From assembly GCA_965226885.1 (NCBI GenBank), contig CBDDEL010000011.1, positions 224,001 through 288,000 on the forward strand: a DNA stretch of 64,000 nt, written 5' to 3'. Shown one piece after another: positions 63,039 to 64,000 of the stretch. The stretch's first letter is position 1, and each line of letters begins with the position of its first letter. The position numbers and the translations under genes were made by a program. The DNA comes from Opitutales bacterium. Its GTDB lineage: Bacteria; Verrucomicrobiota; Verrucomicrobiia; Opitutales; UBA2987. A model generated the notes under the pieces. It saw only the letters and a program-made list of their open reading frames with translations. It made no database searches and was not told where the DNA came from.

Positions 63039-64000
63039 TTAGTGCCAAGCGGCCAGGGTAGCCTCGAAGTCGAATACCTCCTGGGCGTTTCCCCTCATGA
63101 TGCGCGGGGCTATCTCGAGGGCGTCCTGTTCCGAAAAATAGTCATCCGCGACCAATTCGGAGAGGACTCGGATAATCCCATCCCGGGCCAGGCGGGCATG
63201 GCCGACAATCGTCTCGACGGATACATAATCTCCGCCAAAAGCGAATAATTTGCTGGCCGGCGCTGCCAATAAAGCCTCTTTGAGAAAACGGCTGCTGGCC
63301 ACCGGGTTAATGATCCAGGCCCAGCACAGATCGATGTAAACATTGGGATAATGTTTGGCCAGGGCGATGTATTCGTCCTGATAAGGATAGCCTATGTGCA
63401 TCAAAATGAACTTCACATTGGGGTGGGCCTGAATGACGGGACAAAGGTCGCTGGCATTGCGGCGCAGACGGTCGAGCGGCATGTGGTTGACCCCGGCATA
63501 ATAGCCGGTGTGTAGTTTTACGGGCAGCTTGTATTCGGCGGCTTTGTGCAAGCAGTAGTTAAATAAATGGTTGCCGAGTGCTAATGTATCAGCATCGGAA
63601 AGGGCATCGCCTTTAGCTAACCGGGCGAATAACGGAGCGGCCTCGTTTTTGGAAACAGGCGCATAATTTAGCCGCCGGACGTAGGCGCTCTGGTTTTTCA
63701 GGGCGATGGCCCGAGGCCCATAGGTTTCGAAATACCAGTCGATAACCGCGTGCCAGTCTTCAATCGTCGATGGTTCGATCCCGGCAGGTTCCGCAATGGT
63801 CAAATCGAGCTCCGTACTCATGGCCACGAAGGAGAGGTCCTGGTAGAGCAATTCGGGATATTCGGTTTCATAAAAAACCGCATCAAGGGCATTCACCTGG
63901 GCGGATTCCACTCCCGCGTAATCATGCAAAATCTTTTTGTAGAATCCTTTTTGGACCAGTTTTTCCATTTTCCGGTCAACGCGTTCGACGCTGCCTTCAT
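63039..64000 (-). CDS. Amidohydrolase_2/uronate isomerase-like protein (5' end beyond window)
   Basis: VKLHTG, LMHIGYP, IDLCWAW, FGGDY, NA..VF. Confidence 0.85.
   Translation of the reverse strand, partial: EGSVERVDRKMEKLVQKGFYKKILHDYAGVESAQVNALDAVFYETEYPELLYQDLSFVAMSTELDLTIAEPAGIEPSTIEDWHAVIDWYFETYGPRAIALKNQSAYVRRLNYAPVSKNEAAPLFARLAKGDALSDADTLALGNHLFNYCLHKAAEYKLPVKLHTGYYAGVNHMPLDRLRRNASDLCPVIQAHPNVKFILMHIGYPYQDEYIALAKHYPNVYIDLCWAWIINPVASSRFLKEALLAAPASKLFAFGGDYVSVETIVGHARLARDGIIRVLSELVADDYFSEQDALEIAPRIMRGNAQEVFDFEATLAAWH

Overview
About 55% GC bacterial chromosome segment; gene content and order suggest Verrucomicrobiota/Opitutales (inference). Housekeeping and envelope genes include tonB, a GAF-GAF-PAS adenylate cyclase, uvrD/pcrA, proB, frr, pyrH, tRNA-Gln(TTG), glycerate kinase, NamZ-like, Fpg, CoaB, a LpxL-GT9 fusion, msbA, dciA-like, rpsO, pnp, surE and a stalked GH16 protein. 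About 21 kb (one third of the window) is insertion sequence: IS1380 x5, IS5/IS1182-like x4, IS3 x2, IS630 x2, IS21 and IS1, often nested. Several genes are decayed. Most notable observations: (1) eight perfect 8-29 bp tandem duplications with 0-1 nt junction microhomology, plus one short templated replacement, which together look like an unusual repair or mutation signature; (2) a DUF900-like hydrolase gene broken into four pieces with its middle inverted between two IS1380 copies; (3) an xseA in-frame amber codon that forms the IS1380 target site; (4) two heptamer-repeat hairpin elements; (5) a 36-aa-repeat helical protein coupled to the cyclase. No CRISPR array, integrase or rRNA was seen.
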